Source: an uncultured Chloroflexia bacterium | GTDB lineage: Bacteria > Chloroflexota > Chloroflexia > QHBQ01 > JADMIH01 | DNA: 64,000 bases | Assembly (NCBI GenBank): GCA_963797095.1 | Contig: CAWCNY010000003.1 | Coordinates: forward strand, 384,001-448,000 | Direction: 5' to 3' | In this document: in pieces, positions 9,850 through 19,775 of the stretch | Position numbering within the stretch: position 1 is the stretch's first letter | How the letters are laid out: each line of letters starts with the position of its first letter | Translations under genes and position numbers: made by a program | The notes under the pieces: model-generated | Databases searched by the model: none | Told to the model about the DNA's origin: nothing | Seen by the model: the letters and a program-made list of their open reading frames with translations, nothing else

Positions 9850-11760
9850 TCATTGTTTCTTGAGCCTGTTCGTACGGTCGCCGCCGGGGGCATTCGTCAC
9901 ATCCACTCGCAACAGGGTCCCTCCCGCGTTGTCGAATGTAATCACAAATGTCCGGGTGGGCAATACGGTAGTATTGATCGTCAAAGGCTCACCGTCATAC
10001 GTGCCGCTGACGGTGCCGTTATCGCAGGGCGAGCCGCCGCATACGCCGAACCAGTGCACGTTGACTGTATTGCCGGAGGACGTGACCTCAAACCGGGCTA
10101 TGTCGCTGCTGTTCGCATCGACGTTTACCCAGGTGCCGTTGTAGTCCGAGGCTTTCACTTTGTGGAACCTGAGCAGCGTAGTGCCCTGATAGATCACAAG
10201 CAGTTTGGTGCCCCCCGCGTTGTCAAACGTGATCCTGAAGGAGCGGGTATCAAGGGTGATGTTGAACGGCTCACCGCTGTAGGGGGCGGTCTTCTCCTCG
10301 TTGTAGCAGAGGCCGGGCGAGCAAGCACCGAACCACTTGACCTTCAAGTTACTGTTGCTACCGGTGATCCACAGCTTGGCCGCGCTCGCTGTAGCTGCAT
10401 CATCGTTCAGCCAGGCACCCGAATAGTCCTCGGCTTTGACCTTGTGGAACAACAGGGTATCGGTCCCCTGATAGACTACCTTCAGCTTTGGAGGCGAGTC
10501 GCTGGCTATCGACAGGCTGAAACTGCGTCCGTCGAGAGTGATGTTGAACGGCTCGCCGTTGTAGGGGGCGGTCTTCTCCTCGTTGTCGCAGAGGCCGGGC
10601 GAACAGGCACCGAACCACTTGACCTTCAGGCTGTTATTGCCCACCTGGCTGATCCACAGCTTGGCCGCGCTTCCCGTATTGGCATCGTCGTTCAGCCAGG
10701 TGCCAACGAAGGCATCGGCTGTGTGCGGCACCAGCGTAGCGGTGGGGGTAGCCGTGGGCTGCGAGGGAGGAGTGGTCGGTGGAGGCGTGGTAGTAGGCGG
10801 CACCGTCACGGTGGCCGGTGGTGTGGAACTCCCATATCGCCAGTCGTAGTAGTGCTGTCCGATGTTGCTCATCTGCACCTGGAAGCCTGACGGCGCGCTA
10901 GGCACATAAGTGACCACGCGCCGCTCGAACGCCTGGATCATCACATCCACGTTCTGCACGTTAGCTATTTTCACTTTGGCCCAATAGGGGTCCGAAATCG
11001 GGTAGCCCGTGGTGTAGAACCAGGGGTCTGAGAGGCGCCCGTTCTCGTTATGTCCGGTTGACGAGTTATAGATCGGCCCGCTCAGGTTCAGGAAGTCCCA
11101 CACGATCTGCGGGATATTATGCTGGGTGGCAGGCTCGAAGTAGGCGAACCTGGTGCCCGGCAGATTAGCCATCGCCGGGTCGTCACCCACCTGCCCGGCC
11201 TTGTTTATGGTAGCAGTGGCAAACTGGCCCACTTTGTTAGGCGCATGATGGTCACCAAGGGGAGTGTTGCTCACGCCCTGGAAGCTGACATAAGTGGGAG
11301 CATTGGGGTCATCGGTATCGGAGGCGAGAGGGATGTCGGCGGGGGCGCGGTCCTGGTAAGCGAAGTTGCCCACCTGCATTTTGCCTGAGATAAGCTCGAT
11401 GGTCAGCAGGCCATTGGTCACGAAGAATGGGTTGGACTGGTCCCCGTTGGGGTCGTTGATCTCCATGCGGCTCTTGTCGAAGTATTGGACAAGGCGCTTG
11501 CCGCCCGGTCCTTCGGCATAGTCCTCAAGCAAGCCGCCGGTGTTGGGGTTCGGACCCCAGTACCACGAACGCTGAACCTCGCCGAACGACACTGGCCTGT
11601 CGGTGCGCTCCCAGGTGCGCTGGAACGCGGGATGGGCAAAGGCCTCGGCCAGTGAAGGCCCATTTAGAGTGCTTGCGGTTGCACCACCCGATCCGACCAG
11701 AGCGGGCGCGGCCAGCACCGCCAGGGCCGCGTAGGATAGATATCGCTGTTTGTTCCTCAT
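9850..11760 (-). CDS. Secreted protein: Chloroflexota ERTD/FERR domain, Pro/Thr linker and three ~90-aa GTW..WFGxCxxxxC repeats
   Basis: Signal peptide MRNKQRY..; repeats visible at both protein and DNA level. Confidence 0.85.
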   Translation of the reverse strand: MRNKQRYLSYAALAVLAAPALVGSGGATASTLNGPSLAEAFAHPAFQRTWERTDRPVSFGEVQRSWYWGPNPNTGGLLEDYAEGPGGKRLVQYFDKSRMEINDPNGDQSNPFFVTNGLLTIELISGKMQVGNFAYQDRAPADIPLASDTDDPNAPTYVSFQGVSNTPLGDHHAPNKVGQFATATINKAGQVGDDPAMANLPGTRFAYFEPATQHNIPQIVWDFLNLSGPIYNSSTGHNENGRLSDPWFYTTGYPISDPYWAKVKIANVQNVDVMIQAFERRVVTYVPSAPSGFQVQMSNIGQHYYDWRYGSSTPPATVTVPPTTTPPPTTPPSQPTATPTATLVPHTADAFVGTWLNDDANTGSAAKLWISQVGNNSLKVKWFGACSPGLCDNEEKTAPYNGEPFNITLDGRSFSLSIASDSPPKLKVVYQGTDTLLFHKVKAEDYSGAWLNDDAATASAAKLWITGSNSNLKVKWFGACSPGLCYNEEKTAPYSGEPFNITLDTRSFRITFDNAGGTKLLVIYQGTTLLRFHKVKASDYNGTWVNVDANSSDIARFEVTSSGNTVNVHWFGVCGGSPCDNGTVSGTYDGEPLTINTTVLPTRTFVITFDNAGGTLLRVDVTNAPGGDRTNRLKKQ

Positions 11761-11926
11761 CCTCCAGCCTCCTCTTTGAGTATAAAAGCAGCCTTCAGGG
11801 CGGCATGATACGACGCTGCTGCACAATTATGGGTACGCGATTGCCCACAATTATACAACGTAATCACAAAGATCGCGGTCTCGTTGAAAACAGCAAGATC
11901 TTCGCGCCTGGTGGTACAATTACGGC

Positions 11927-13063
11927 ATGACGAGCTATGATCCTACGGCGGTTGCGACCGCCGTCAGCGCGGTTATCTCTGCCATCGATCTTCCTCATGG
12001 CCGCCTCGCGCTCCCTGTCTTCCTTCCCGATGCCACTGTGGGCGTGGTCCGCACCCTCGACGCGAGCGACCTGGAGGCGTGCGGCGTGCAGGCCCTCGTA
12101 ATGAACACCTTCCACCTGACCCAGCACCCAGGCTCGTCTACGGTGCAGGCGTTGGGCGGACTTCACAGGATGGCGGGCTGGCAGCGTCCTATCATCACCG
12201 ACTCGGGGGGCTTCCAGGCGTATTCCCTCATACGGCAGAACCCCAGGTTCGGCTCGATGAGCGAGCGCGGGATCATCTTCCGCCCCGAAGGCTCCGACCG
12301 CAAGTTCCAGCTTACGCCCGAAAAAGCGGTACAACTCCAGATCAGCTACGACAGCGATGTAGTGATAGCGCTCGATGATTGCACGCATGTGGACGCCACC
12401 TATGAGGTGCAGAAAGAAGCCGTAGAGCGCACCATCAAGTGGGCCAAACGGTGCAAGTGCGAGTTCGAGCGATTGCTCAGCGGCAAGCGTGGCGAAGCCA
12501 GGCCGCTACTCTTCGGAGTGATCCAGGGCGGGGGCTTCCACGAGCTTCGAAAGCGATGTGCCGAGGAATTGCTTGAGATCGGGTTCGACGGGTTCGGGTT
12601 CGGCGGCTGGCCCCTCGATTCGGAAGGGCATTTGCTGACCGATATCATCTCCTACACGCGACAGCTTGTGCCCGCGCACCTGCCGATGCACGCTCTGGGC
12701 GTGGGCCACCCGGCCAACGTCGTGGAGTGCGCGAAAGCGGGCTACAACATGTTCGACAGCGCCCTCCCCACCCGCGATGCCCGCCATGGCCGCCTCTACA
12801 TGTTCATCTCCGAATCCGACCCTTCGCGAACATCCCCCCATGCCTGGTTCGCCTTCCGCTACGTCACGGACGACAAGTACATCAAGTGCGAGCACCCTGT
12901 TTCAGCCCTGTGCGATTGCCTCACATGCACTCGCTACCCGATGGGCTATCTCCACCACCTCTACAAAATAGGCGATGCGCTATTCATGCGCCTGGCGACG
13001 ATCCACAACCTGCGCTTCATGACGATGCTGATGGAAAAGCTTGCCCCAAACGCAGGTAAGTAG
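11927..13063 (+). CDS. tgt: tRNA-guanine transglycosylase family protein (divergent)
   Basis: NTFHL, TDSGGFQ, GVIQGG, MFDS.LPTR and Zn site CDCLTC...HN. Confidence 0.85.
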   Translation: MTSYDPTAVATAVSAVISAIDLPHGRLALPVFLPDATVGVVRTLDASDLEACGVQALVMNTFHLTQHPGSSTVQALGGLHRMAGWQRPIITDSGGFQAYSLIRQNPRFGSMSERGIIFRPEGSDRKFQLTPEKAVQLQISYDSDVVIALDDCTHVDATYEVQKEAVERTIKWAKRCKCEFERLLSGKRGEARPLLFGVIQGGGFHELRKRCAEELLEIGFDGFGFGGWPLDSEGHLLTDIISYTRQLVPAHLPMHALGVGHPANVVECAKAGYNMFDSALPTRDARHGRLYMFISESDPSRTSPHAWFAFRYVTDDKYIKCEHPVSALCDCLTCTRYPMGYLHHLYKIGDALFMRLATIHNLRFMTMLMEKLAPNAGK

Positions 13064-13112
13064 GGACAACGTAAGCCTCACCTTGATAAGCTACAAATGC
13101 TAGACGAGGGCC

Positions 13113-13222
13113 TGTCATCCTGACTACACCATCAACGAAGCAAAGACTTGTAGGGGCGAGGCATGCCTCGCCCCTACAACGAATTCTTCCTTCAACGCTG
13201 TAGATTTGTACTCAAGATGACA
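13113..13222. repeat. Nested REP-like element: TGTCATCCTGACTACA inverted arms around a 32-bp perfect GTAG palindrome (13148-13179)
   Basis: TTGTAGGGGCGAGGCATGCCTCGCCCCTACAA; outer arms complementary at 14/16; core recurs at 61305. Confidence 0.8.
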
Positions 13223-13297
13223 CAGATGTTGACAACACAAAATGAGCTAAACTACATCCAGTCTTCCCAATAAGCTTGAGACCGTTCTTCTCGAAAT

Positions 13298-14137
13298 ATG
13301 GCAGAAGTTGAGGAGCAATTGCTGGATAAGGTGGTGCAGACGGTGCTGGCAAGCGCAAAGTACCGCCATATTAGCCCTGCCCTCGTTCGGGATCTCAGTC
13401 GCGCCGAGATAGGCAAAGGGCGCGGGCTGAAAGACACTATCAAGGCGGTCAAGAACAAGTTACACCAGGTGGCGGGGGCCTATCTCGACGGCGGGGGCGA
13501 CCTATCGGCGCATACATACGAGCGGTGGCTAACCGAGTTAAAGGACGCAAGCAGCTCGCCCAACGCGGACGACCTGAAGCGCGCGTGCCGCGAGATCATG
13601 GCGCACCATAGCTCCACCCGCGAGCGCCTGCCCATCCTGGATGAGTTCTACAGCGCCATCTTTGACGCATTACCCCCCGTGCGCTCGATGGTCGATGTGG
13701 CGTGCGGCCTCAACCCCCTTGCCATCCCCTGGATGCCACTCGCACCCCGTGCAGAGTACCACGCATACGACATCTACAGTGATATGATGGCGTTCCTGGG
13801 CGACTTCATGGCTTTTACAAGCGTGCGGGGAGACGCCGAAACACGCGACGTTGTCGCACAACCGCCCTCGGCACAGGTGGATCTGGCGCTGGTACTGAAA
13901 GCGATCCCCTGCCTTGAGCAGATCGACAAGTCGGGGGGCCGCCGCCTGATCGATGGCCTGAGCGCCCTGCACATGGTCGTGTCGTTCCCCGTCGCCAGCC
14001 TGGGCGGCAAGAACAGGGGCATGTCCGCAAACTACGAAGCACAATTCTGGGAACTGGCTGCTGACCGGAATTGGAGCGTCAGAAAGTTGGAGTTCAAGAC
14101 TGAACTGGCCTTTCTGATTACAACACAAACAACCTGA
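13298..14137 (+). CDS. 16S rRNA (guanine(1405)-N7)-methyltransferase, Rmt/ArmA/Sgm (FmrO) family
   Basis: HSSTRERLP, DVACGLNPL, YDI and VVSFP..SLGG..RGM..NY family motifs. Confidence 0.9.
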   Translation: MAEVEEQLLDKVVQTVLASAKYRHISPALVRDLSRAEIGKGRGLKDTIKAVKNKLHQVAGAYLDGGGDLSAHTYERWLTELKDASSSPNADDLKRACREIMAHHSSTRERLPILDEFYSAIFDALPPVRSMVDVACGLNPLAIPWMPLAPRAEYHAYDIYSDMMAFLGDFMAFTSVRGDAETRDVVAQPPSAQVDLALVLKAIPCLEQIDKSGGRRLIDGLSALHMVVSFPVASLGGKNRGMSANYEAQFWELAADRNWSVRKLEFKTELAFLITTQTT

Positions 14138-14148
14138 GGAGAAGCACC

Positions 14149-14490
14149 ATGTCAACAGATCCACGCGCGGAATACGACAGGATCGCCGATGAGCTTGCGA
14201 GCGAGGCATCGGCGATCAGCAGCAAGATGTTCGGCATGCCCGTTCTCAAAAAGAACGGCAAGGCCTTCGCGGGGTTCTACGGAAAGAACGACGCCATGAC
14301 CTTCAAGCTGACGGGCGCTGCACACGCAGAGGCGCTGGCCTTGGCTAGAGCGAGGCTCTCTGACCCATCAGTGATGGGGCGACCGATGAAAGAGTGGGTG
14401 GAAGTGCCGGCCGAACACGCCAGCAGGTGGCCTGAACTTGCCAGGCAAGCCCTGAGCTACCTCGACGCGAGCCTGAAGAAAGAGAGCTAG
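14149..14490 (+). CDS. TfoX-N/YjbR-like small protein
   Basis: KMFG..L..NGK.FAG and GRPMKEWV.VP motifs; RBS GAGGAG. Confidence 0.75.
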   Translation: MSTDPRAEYDRIADELASEASAISSKMFGMPVLKKNGKAFAGFYGKNDAMTFKLTGAAHAEALALARARLSDPSVMGRPMKEWVEVPAEHASRWPELARQALSYLDASLKKES

Positions 14491-14990
14491 CGCCTGCTTC
14501 GCGCCTTCTGCTCCAGCACACCCTTCACCCGCATATGGTCGGCCAGCGAGGCTTTGCGCCGCCTGCGGGCATACAGTCTCTGCCTCATCGTATTGAGAGC
14601 TGAGCTTTGCGCGTCCACCAGCATGTTCACCGTAAACTCTGTGCGCGTTGGCGACACCGCTTCATACACAAACCTGTTGATCAGGTGGTTGCCCACAAGG
14701 TAGCGGAAGGTGATCTCTTCCTTAGCAGCGTAATAGATCAGTTCCATCCGCACCACCCCCACAGACGATTCCGTGCCATCCTTTCGCACCGGGGAGAGCA
14801 CCATGACCGAGCCGGGTTTGTAAGGTTTGCCCTCCCATGCAAGCTTGAGCTGGGGCAGAGGTTCCCCTTCGAAGTCGCGCGCCCAGTAATCGGGGTTCCC
14901 GGTCAGATTGAATACCATCTCGATCGGGGCCTCGATATACATGGTGTAAGCGTAAAGGAGCCGTGCTCCCTGCAAGGCTTTTTCTAGCAT
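14487..14990 (-). CDS. Hypothetical protein, possibly SRPBCC fold
   Basis: IEAPIEMVF start pattern; the upstream ORF extension is only heptamer repeat. Confidence 0.6.
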   Translation of the reverse strand: MLEKALQGARLLYAYTMYIEAPIEMVFNLTGNPDYWARDFEGEPLPQLKLAWEGKPYKPGSVMVLSPVRKDGTESSVGVVRMELIYYAAKEEITFRYLVGNHLINRFVYEAVSPTRTEFTVNMLVDAQSSALNTMRQRLYARRRRKASLADHMRVKGVLEQKARSRR

Positions 14991-14994
14991 TAGG

Positions 14995-15110
14995 AGTTCC
15001 AAGTGCCAAATTCCAAGTTCCAAATTCCAAGTTCCAAGTTCCAAGTTCCAAGTTCCTGGTTGTTGCGATAATGGACAACAGACGATAGCCTCAACCAGGA
15101 ACTTGGAACT
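14995..15110. repeat. (TTCCAAR)x8 array with an 18-nt inverted arm forming a hairpin
   Basis: AGTTCCAAGTTCCTGGTT (15044-15061) pairs with AACCAGGAACTTGGAACT (15093-15110). Confidence 0.9.
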
Positions 15111-15111
15111 C

Positions 15112-16926
15112 TCACAAAGGTCCCGGGCCTACAAGCTCATCGAGCCTGTTGATCATACGCTCCAGGATGCTGAAGGCTCGTTCCACAGGCTCAGGGGTGG
15201 TCATGTCTATGCCAGCCAATTTGAGCGCGTCGATAGGGTAGAGGGCATCGCCCGTTTTCAGGAAGCTGAGGTAGCGGTCAACGGCGGGCTTGCCCTCTTT
15301 CAGCACCTGGTCGGCGAGGGCGTTGGCTGCCGATATGCCGGTTGTATACTGGAACACGTAGAAGTTGCCGAACAGGTGGGGGAACTCAGCCCAGGTGATG
15401 CCGACGCGCGCGTTGTCCACATCCACCGCATCGCCGTAGGCCTCCTTATAGAGGTCGGCCATCAGAGTGCTCATGCTCTCCGCCGTCAGACCCTCGCCAC
15501 GTTCCTCTCGTTCGTGGCATTCAATCTCGAACCGGGCCAGCGTTGGCATAATAAAGAGGTAGCGGTGGAAATTGCTCATCGCCTCGGCCAGAATCTCAAG
15601 CTCGAAATCTACATCCTTCGTCTTCGCCAGGAGGTCGGCACGCATCAGCGCCTGGTTGAAGTTGGACGCAGTCTCGGCCACAAACATCGAATAATTACTG
15701 TACACCGGGGGTTGCGTCTGCCACGCGAAATATGAGTGCATCGAGTGGCCCATCTCGTGTGCCAGGGTACTGACATTCTCCAAAGTGTCGTCGTAGCTGA
15801 GCAGCAGGAAAGGGTGAGTGCCGGGCGCTCCCGACGAGAACGCACCGCCCGCCTTCCCTTCGTTGGGCAGCACGTCCACCCAGCGCTCTTGATAAAGACC
15901 GCGCTTCATCGGCACAGCATACTCGTCGCCCAGCGGGGCCAGCCCTTCCACCACCATCTGCATCCCCTCTTGATACGGGATCTTCTTCTGCGAGCGGATC
16001 ATCGGCACATCGATATCATATCCGTGCAGTTTGTCCACCCCCAGCCCCCGCCGCTTGATATCCCAGTAACGGTGCCACAGGGGAAGCTTGCGCTTGAAGG
16101 TATCAATCGTTGTGTAGAACACCTCGACAGGTATGTTGGTGGCCCCCAGGGCAGCTTCCAACGAATTGGCGTACTTGCGAGCACGCGCGTAGAAGACATC
16201 GCGCTTGATGCCTATACTGAGCGCGGCGGCGAAGGTGTTCTTCATGCCGATGTACGCATCGGCCTGCGCCTCCCATGCAGCTTTGCGCACGTCGCGGTTC
16301 GTGTTCCTTATCAAGGTCTCGATGTTGCCCTGCCCCAATTCTACGTCGTGGTCGCTGTCGTCCTTGATCCTGCCGAATTTGAGGTCCGAGTCGGCCAGGG
16401 CGCCATGCACGCGATCTCCCATATTCGCCAGCTCAAGCACATTGGCAAGCACCTCCTCCACCTCGGCGGAGCGGATGTGCTCTCGCCTGCGGGCCAGCTT
16501 ATCGAAATAGTGGGCGTAGCCGCGCAGGCCCTCCGATTCCTGCTGCATCGCGTGCAAGCGCGACGGGTCAATAGTCAGGATCTCAGGCTCGAAGAAGGCC
16601 GACGCCGACAAATATCTCCCGATCAGGCCCACAGACTTACCGTAGCGGGCGATAGACGCCTGGTCGTTCATATCGCCGAAGTGGTACATCCCGGCGTACT
16701 GGTAGATGTGGAACACTTGCACGGCCAGGTCGTCGCGCCGTTTGAGCGCCTCCAGCAACGTATCTGCCGACTCGCCTAACCTTCCGGCGTATTTCTCCAG
16801 GTCGCCGAAACCGGCTGTAGCCTCGGCGACCGCCGCCTCCCAAGCCTCGTCCGACGAGAAGATGCTGCGGGCATCCCAGGTCATATCTTCGGGTACTTCG
16901 CTGCGTTTCCGCAATGCTGTGGTCAT
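15112..16926 (-). CDS. pepF: Oligoendopeptidase F (M3B)
   Basis: HEMGH zincin motif, AETAS, GK.GGAFS, FYVFQY. Confidence 0.95.
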   Translation of the reverse strand: MTTALRKRSEVPEDMTWDARSIFSSDEAWEAAVAEATAGFGDLEKYAGRLGESADTLLEALKRRDDLAVQVFHIYQYAGMYHFGDMNDQASIARYGKSVGLIGRYLSASAFFEPEILTIDPSRLHAMQQESEGLRGYAHYFDKLARRREHIRSAEVEEVLANVLELANMGDRVHGALADSDLKFGRIKDDSDHDVELGQGNIETLIRNTNRDVRKAAWEAQADAYIGMKNTFAAALSIGIKRDVFYARARKYANSLEAALGATNIPVEVFYTTIDTFKRKLPLWHRYWDIKRRGLGVDKLHGYDIDVPMIRSQKKIPYQEGMQMVVEGLAPLGDEYAVPMKRGLYQERWVDVLPNEGKAGGAFSSGAPGTHPFLLLSYDDTLENVSTLAHEMGHSMHSYFAWQTQPPVYSNYSMFVAETASNFNQALMRADLLAKTKDVDFELEILAEAMSNFHRYLFIMPTLARFEIECHEREERGEGLTAESMSTLMADLYKEAYGDAVDVDNARVGITWAEFPHLFGNFYVFQYTTGISAANALADQVLKEGKPAVDRYLSFLKTGDALYPIDALKLAGIDMTTPEPVERAFSILERMINRLDELVGPGPL

Positions 16927-16941
16927 ATATGCTCCTTTCTA

Positions 16942-16998
16942 CGACGAAGGACGAAGGGCTAATGGGTGCGACCTTCGTCGTTCGACTTCCATCTTCGT
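16942..16998. repeat. (GACGAAG)n...(CTTCGTC)n heptamer hairpin at the sucC-pepF junction
   Basis: Read directly from the sequence. Confidence 0.7.
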
Positions 16999-17006
16999 TC
17001 TCGAAG

Positions 17007-18155
17007 TTATCGTGCGTTCGCCAGTGCAACCGCTCTCTGGGCAGCTTCGTCCAGGGTAGTAGCGGAGGGGAGGTTGGCGGCTTCGAGGATCTTGCGTCCT
17101 TCTTCTGCGTTGGTACCTACCAGGCGCACCACCATCGGAACATCCGGCTTGAGAATGTCCAGCACGTTGATTATGCCTTTGGCGACCGCATCGCCCCTGG
17201 TAATGCCTCCAAATATGTTGAACATGACGGCTTTCACGTTGGGATCGGACAGGATGATGCGCAGGGCGGCCTCCACCTTGTCCTCGCGCGCCCCGCCGCC
17301 GATATCGAGGAAGTTGGCGGGCGTGCCGCCGTACTCCTTGATGGTGTCCATGGTCGCCATCGCCAATCCCGCGCCGTTCACCATGCAGCCGATGTTGCCA
17401 TCCAGTTTGACGAACGAAATACCGGCGGCGCGGGCCTGCCGCTCCGACTCTTCCTCCTCGGCGGGGTCGCGCAGTTCCTCGGCCCAGGGCTGGCGGAAAA
17501 GGGCGTTGTCGTCCAGCACCATTTTGGCATCGAGGGCCATCAAACCGTTGGAGGTCATAGCCAGCGGGTTGATCTCCACCAGCGAAGCATCGTGGTCGAT
17601 AAGGGTGCGCACCAGGCCCTTGGCAATTTTCATGAAATCGCGGACGTACGCCCCCAGGCCCATCCCGAAGGCAAGCTCGCGGGCCTGAAAATCGAGCAGG
17701 CCCATGCGCGGATCGACCGACACTTTGATGATAGCATCGGGGTTTTCTTTGGCTACCTGCTCGATCTCCACGCCGCCTTCCGCGCTGCCCATCACTATGA
17801 TCGATTTAGTCCCTCGGTCCACCGTCGCGCCCAGGTAATATTCCTTCTTAATATCGGCGGCGTCGGCCACCAGCACGCGCTGCACTACCTCGCCTTTGGG
17901 GTTCTGCTCGTTCTGCAGGAGCCTCCCCAGGATGTTTTCGGCGTTGTGTCGGGCGGCCTCCACATCCTTCGAGTATTTGACGCCCCCGGCCTTGCCCCGG
18001 CCGCCCATCATCACCTGTGCCTTGATCATCACAGGCTTCCCGATCCTGCGGGCGATCTCCTCCACCGCGTCGAGCGTATCGGCCACGTAGCCTTCGTTCA
18101 CGGGCACCCCGGCGCGCGCCAGCAGTTCTTTAGCCTGATATTCGTGGAGCTTCAC
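17007..18155 (-). CDS. sucC: Succinyl-CoA synthetase beta subunit
   Basis: [42 protein letters not shown]; GTG start with GGAGG RBS; sucD is not adjacent. Confidence 0.95.
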   Translation of the reverse strand: MKLHEYQAKELLARAGVPVNEGYVADTLDAVEEIARRIGKPVMIKAQVMMGGRGKAGGVKYSKDVEAARHNAENILGRLLQNEQNPKGEVVQRVLVADAADIKKEYYLGATVDRGTKSIIVMGSAEGGVEIEQVAKENPDAIIKVSVDPRMGLLDFQARELAFGMGLGAYVRDFMKIAKGLVRTLIDHDASLVEINPLAMTSNGLMALDAKMVLDDNALFRQPWAEELRDPAEEEESERQARAAGISFVKLDGNIGCMVNGAGLAMATMDTIKEYGGTPANFLDIGGGAREDKVEAALRIILSDPNVKAVMFNIFGGITRGDAVAKGIINVLDILKPDVPMVVRLVGTNAEEGRKILEAANLPSATTLDEAAQRAVALANAR

Positions 18156-18380
18156 GGTAACCTCCAATCGTTCTTGTAGTAAGATGCAAGCGGTCGATTA
18201 TAACACGCACTCGCGCTCTCGAACAAGATATTACTAACGTCCCGAAACGGGGGTGCCAAAGGTACGCGATCGAATAACTCGGTCGGGCGATACGCCCACT
18301 TGCATCCGTGTGATATTATTGCTACGGACGCGCCGGGTTACGCATACCGGCGTGGCAATCATTCTAAGTACGGGGTCACA

Positions 18381-18596
18381 ATGACCGAAGAGATATGGCA
18401 ACTGGCAAGGGCCGTCGTGTGGGCGGCTACACCCGAAGAGATAGCAGCGGCGCAGGCCCGGCTGTGGAGCACCGTATCCCCGGATATGGACCTCTACCAC
18501 CTTGCCCTGTGGAAAGCAGGCCTTGAAAAGACTGATTTTCTGCGCTGGGAGCGCGTCAAGAAGCAGGCCGAGCGCGCCAGTTGGCGGTTTGCCTGA
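18381..18596 (+). CDS. Small hypothetical protein
   Basis: ORF fills the intergenic gap; no family recognised. Confidence 0.45.
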   Translation: MTEEIWQLARAVVWAATPEEIAAAQARLWSTVSPDMDLYHLALWKAGLEKTDFLRWERVKKQAERASWRFA

Positions 18597-18599
18597 CCG

Positions 18600-19724
18600 C
18601 TAGATCACTTTCTCAAGCAGACGCGTGATCAGCCAGATGATCACGGGCAGGAAGAGCGCGGTGGATAAACCACCCACCGTCTCGCGCTGCCAGGGCCAGG
18701 TGTGTATCTTATCGAGGATATCGCGCTCGCGGCCCACCGCCTCCATGCCATCCTTCATCTCTGCCATACGCGTAAAATCGGCTGCGTCGGTGCGGCGTCG
18801 GAATTCGATGCTGAGCGCCTCAAACGACTGGTTGGCTTCGTAGATCCTTTCAGATTTGGCGTGTTCCAGCTTGCGGTGTATACCCACCAACGGCCACCCA
18901 AACGCTATTACCGCAAAAACGATATTGAAGAGCATGATCCCAAGCGTAATCACGTTCTGCATCAGCCCTGGGGCGGTCAGGATGAAGGCGTAGGTCGCAG
19001 CTATCCACCCTATCCCGGTGCGGGCGGTCAGCCAGGAGAATGCATAGAGAGGGTCGAGGTTGAACAGGTCGATGCGCGTATAGGCACTGTAGATCTGGCT
19101 CACCAGCCTTAACTGCCTGACCGTGTGGTAGGTCAGCGTGCCCCATACAAACCAGAGCAGTATGAACACCCCTGACTCGATAGCGATAGCGGCGGGAGAC
19201 GTGAAAAGAAGCAGCTTCGCCATAAACTCAGGGAGCAGGTAGCCGAGCGCCAGCAGCACCAGCGCGGCAAACACTGCACCCGCCAAACCCGCCATAAAGG
19301 CGGGCAGAGCAGGGAGAGTGGTCAGCCTGTATTCCAGGTCGCGATAGGTCTTCTCGTCCAGGTCCATAGCTGGGCAATAGGTGCGGAGGGCGCGCTTCGC
19401 CACGTCGTCCAGGTAGTGTATCAGAGCCAGGGCGTAGAAGGTCACAAGCTCAGGCACCAGGTGAAACGGGTAGAAGTAGAAAGGCCCGACCTTATAGAGT
19501 CCAGCCTGGTTGCCCGCTTCATAAGCGGCCTGGTAGCTGCCATCGGCCCATTTGATCATAGTCGTAAGGGCAAAGAGGGCCAGCGCAGGTATCAGATAGA
19601 CGATGGGGTAATCCAGGCGCAGCCCACGCACCCAATCGTTGACACGGTCAACCCAGCTTGGCGCATAAGGCCGAGCCTGGGCATCCGTCATATCCGCAAG
19701 CGCGGTTTGAGCAGTAGTTGCCAT
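18600..19724 (-). CDS. Multi-pass membrane protein of unknown function
   Basis: About 7 hydrophobic segments; ends in TWPW..LFLP; GAGGTG RBS. Confidence 0.75.
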   Translation of the reverse strand: MATTAQTALADMTDAQARPYAPSWVDRVNDWVRGLRLDYPIVYLIPALALFALTTMIKWADGSYQAAYEAGNQAGLYKVGPFYFYPFHLVPELVTFYALALIHYLDDVAKRALRTYCPAMDLDEKTYRDLEYRLTTLPALPAFMAGLAGAVFAALVLLALGYLLPEFMAKLLLFTSPAAIAIESGVFILLWFVWGTLTYHTVRQLRLVSQIYSAYTRIDLFNLDPLYAFSWLTARTGIGWIAATYAFILTAPGLMQNVITLGIMLFNIVFAVIAFGWPLVGIHRKLEHAKSERIYEANQSFEALSIEFRRRTDAADFTRMAEMKDGMEAVGRERDILDKIHTWPWQRETVGGLSTALFLPVIIWLITRLLEKVI

Positions 19725-19775
19725 AGGCGTCACCTCAATACATATATGGGTCGAGGCTACCCCTCAATTTTACGG

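Noticed and set aside
7710-11760. Diversity-generating retroelement TR/VR pair
   Set aside because: No reverse transcriptase is present, and the differences I compared between repeats are not adenine-specific.
14995-15110. CRISPR array (also considered for the other repeat tracts)
   Set aside because: Units are 7 nt in tandem with no unique spacers, and there are no cas genes in the window.
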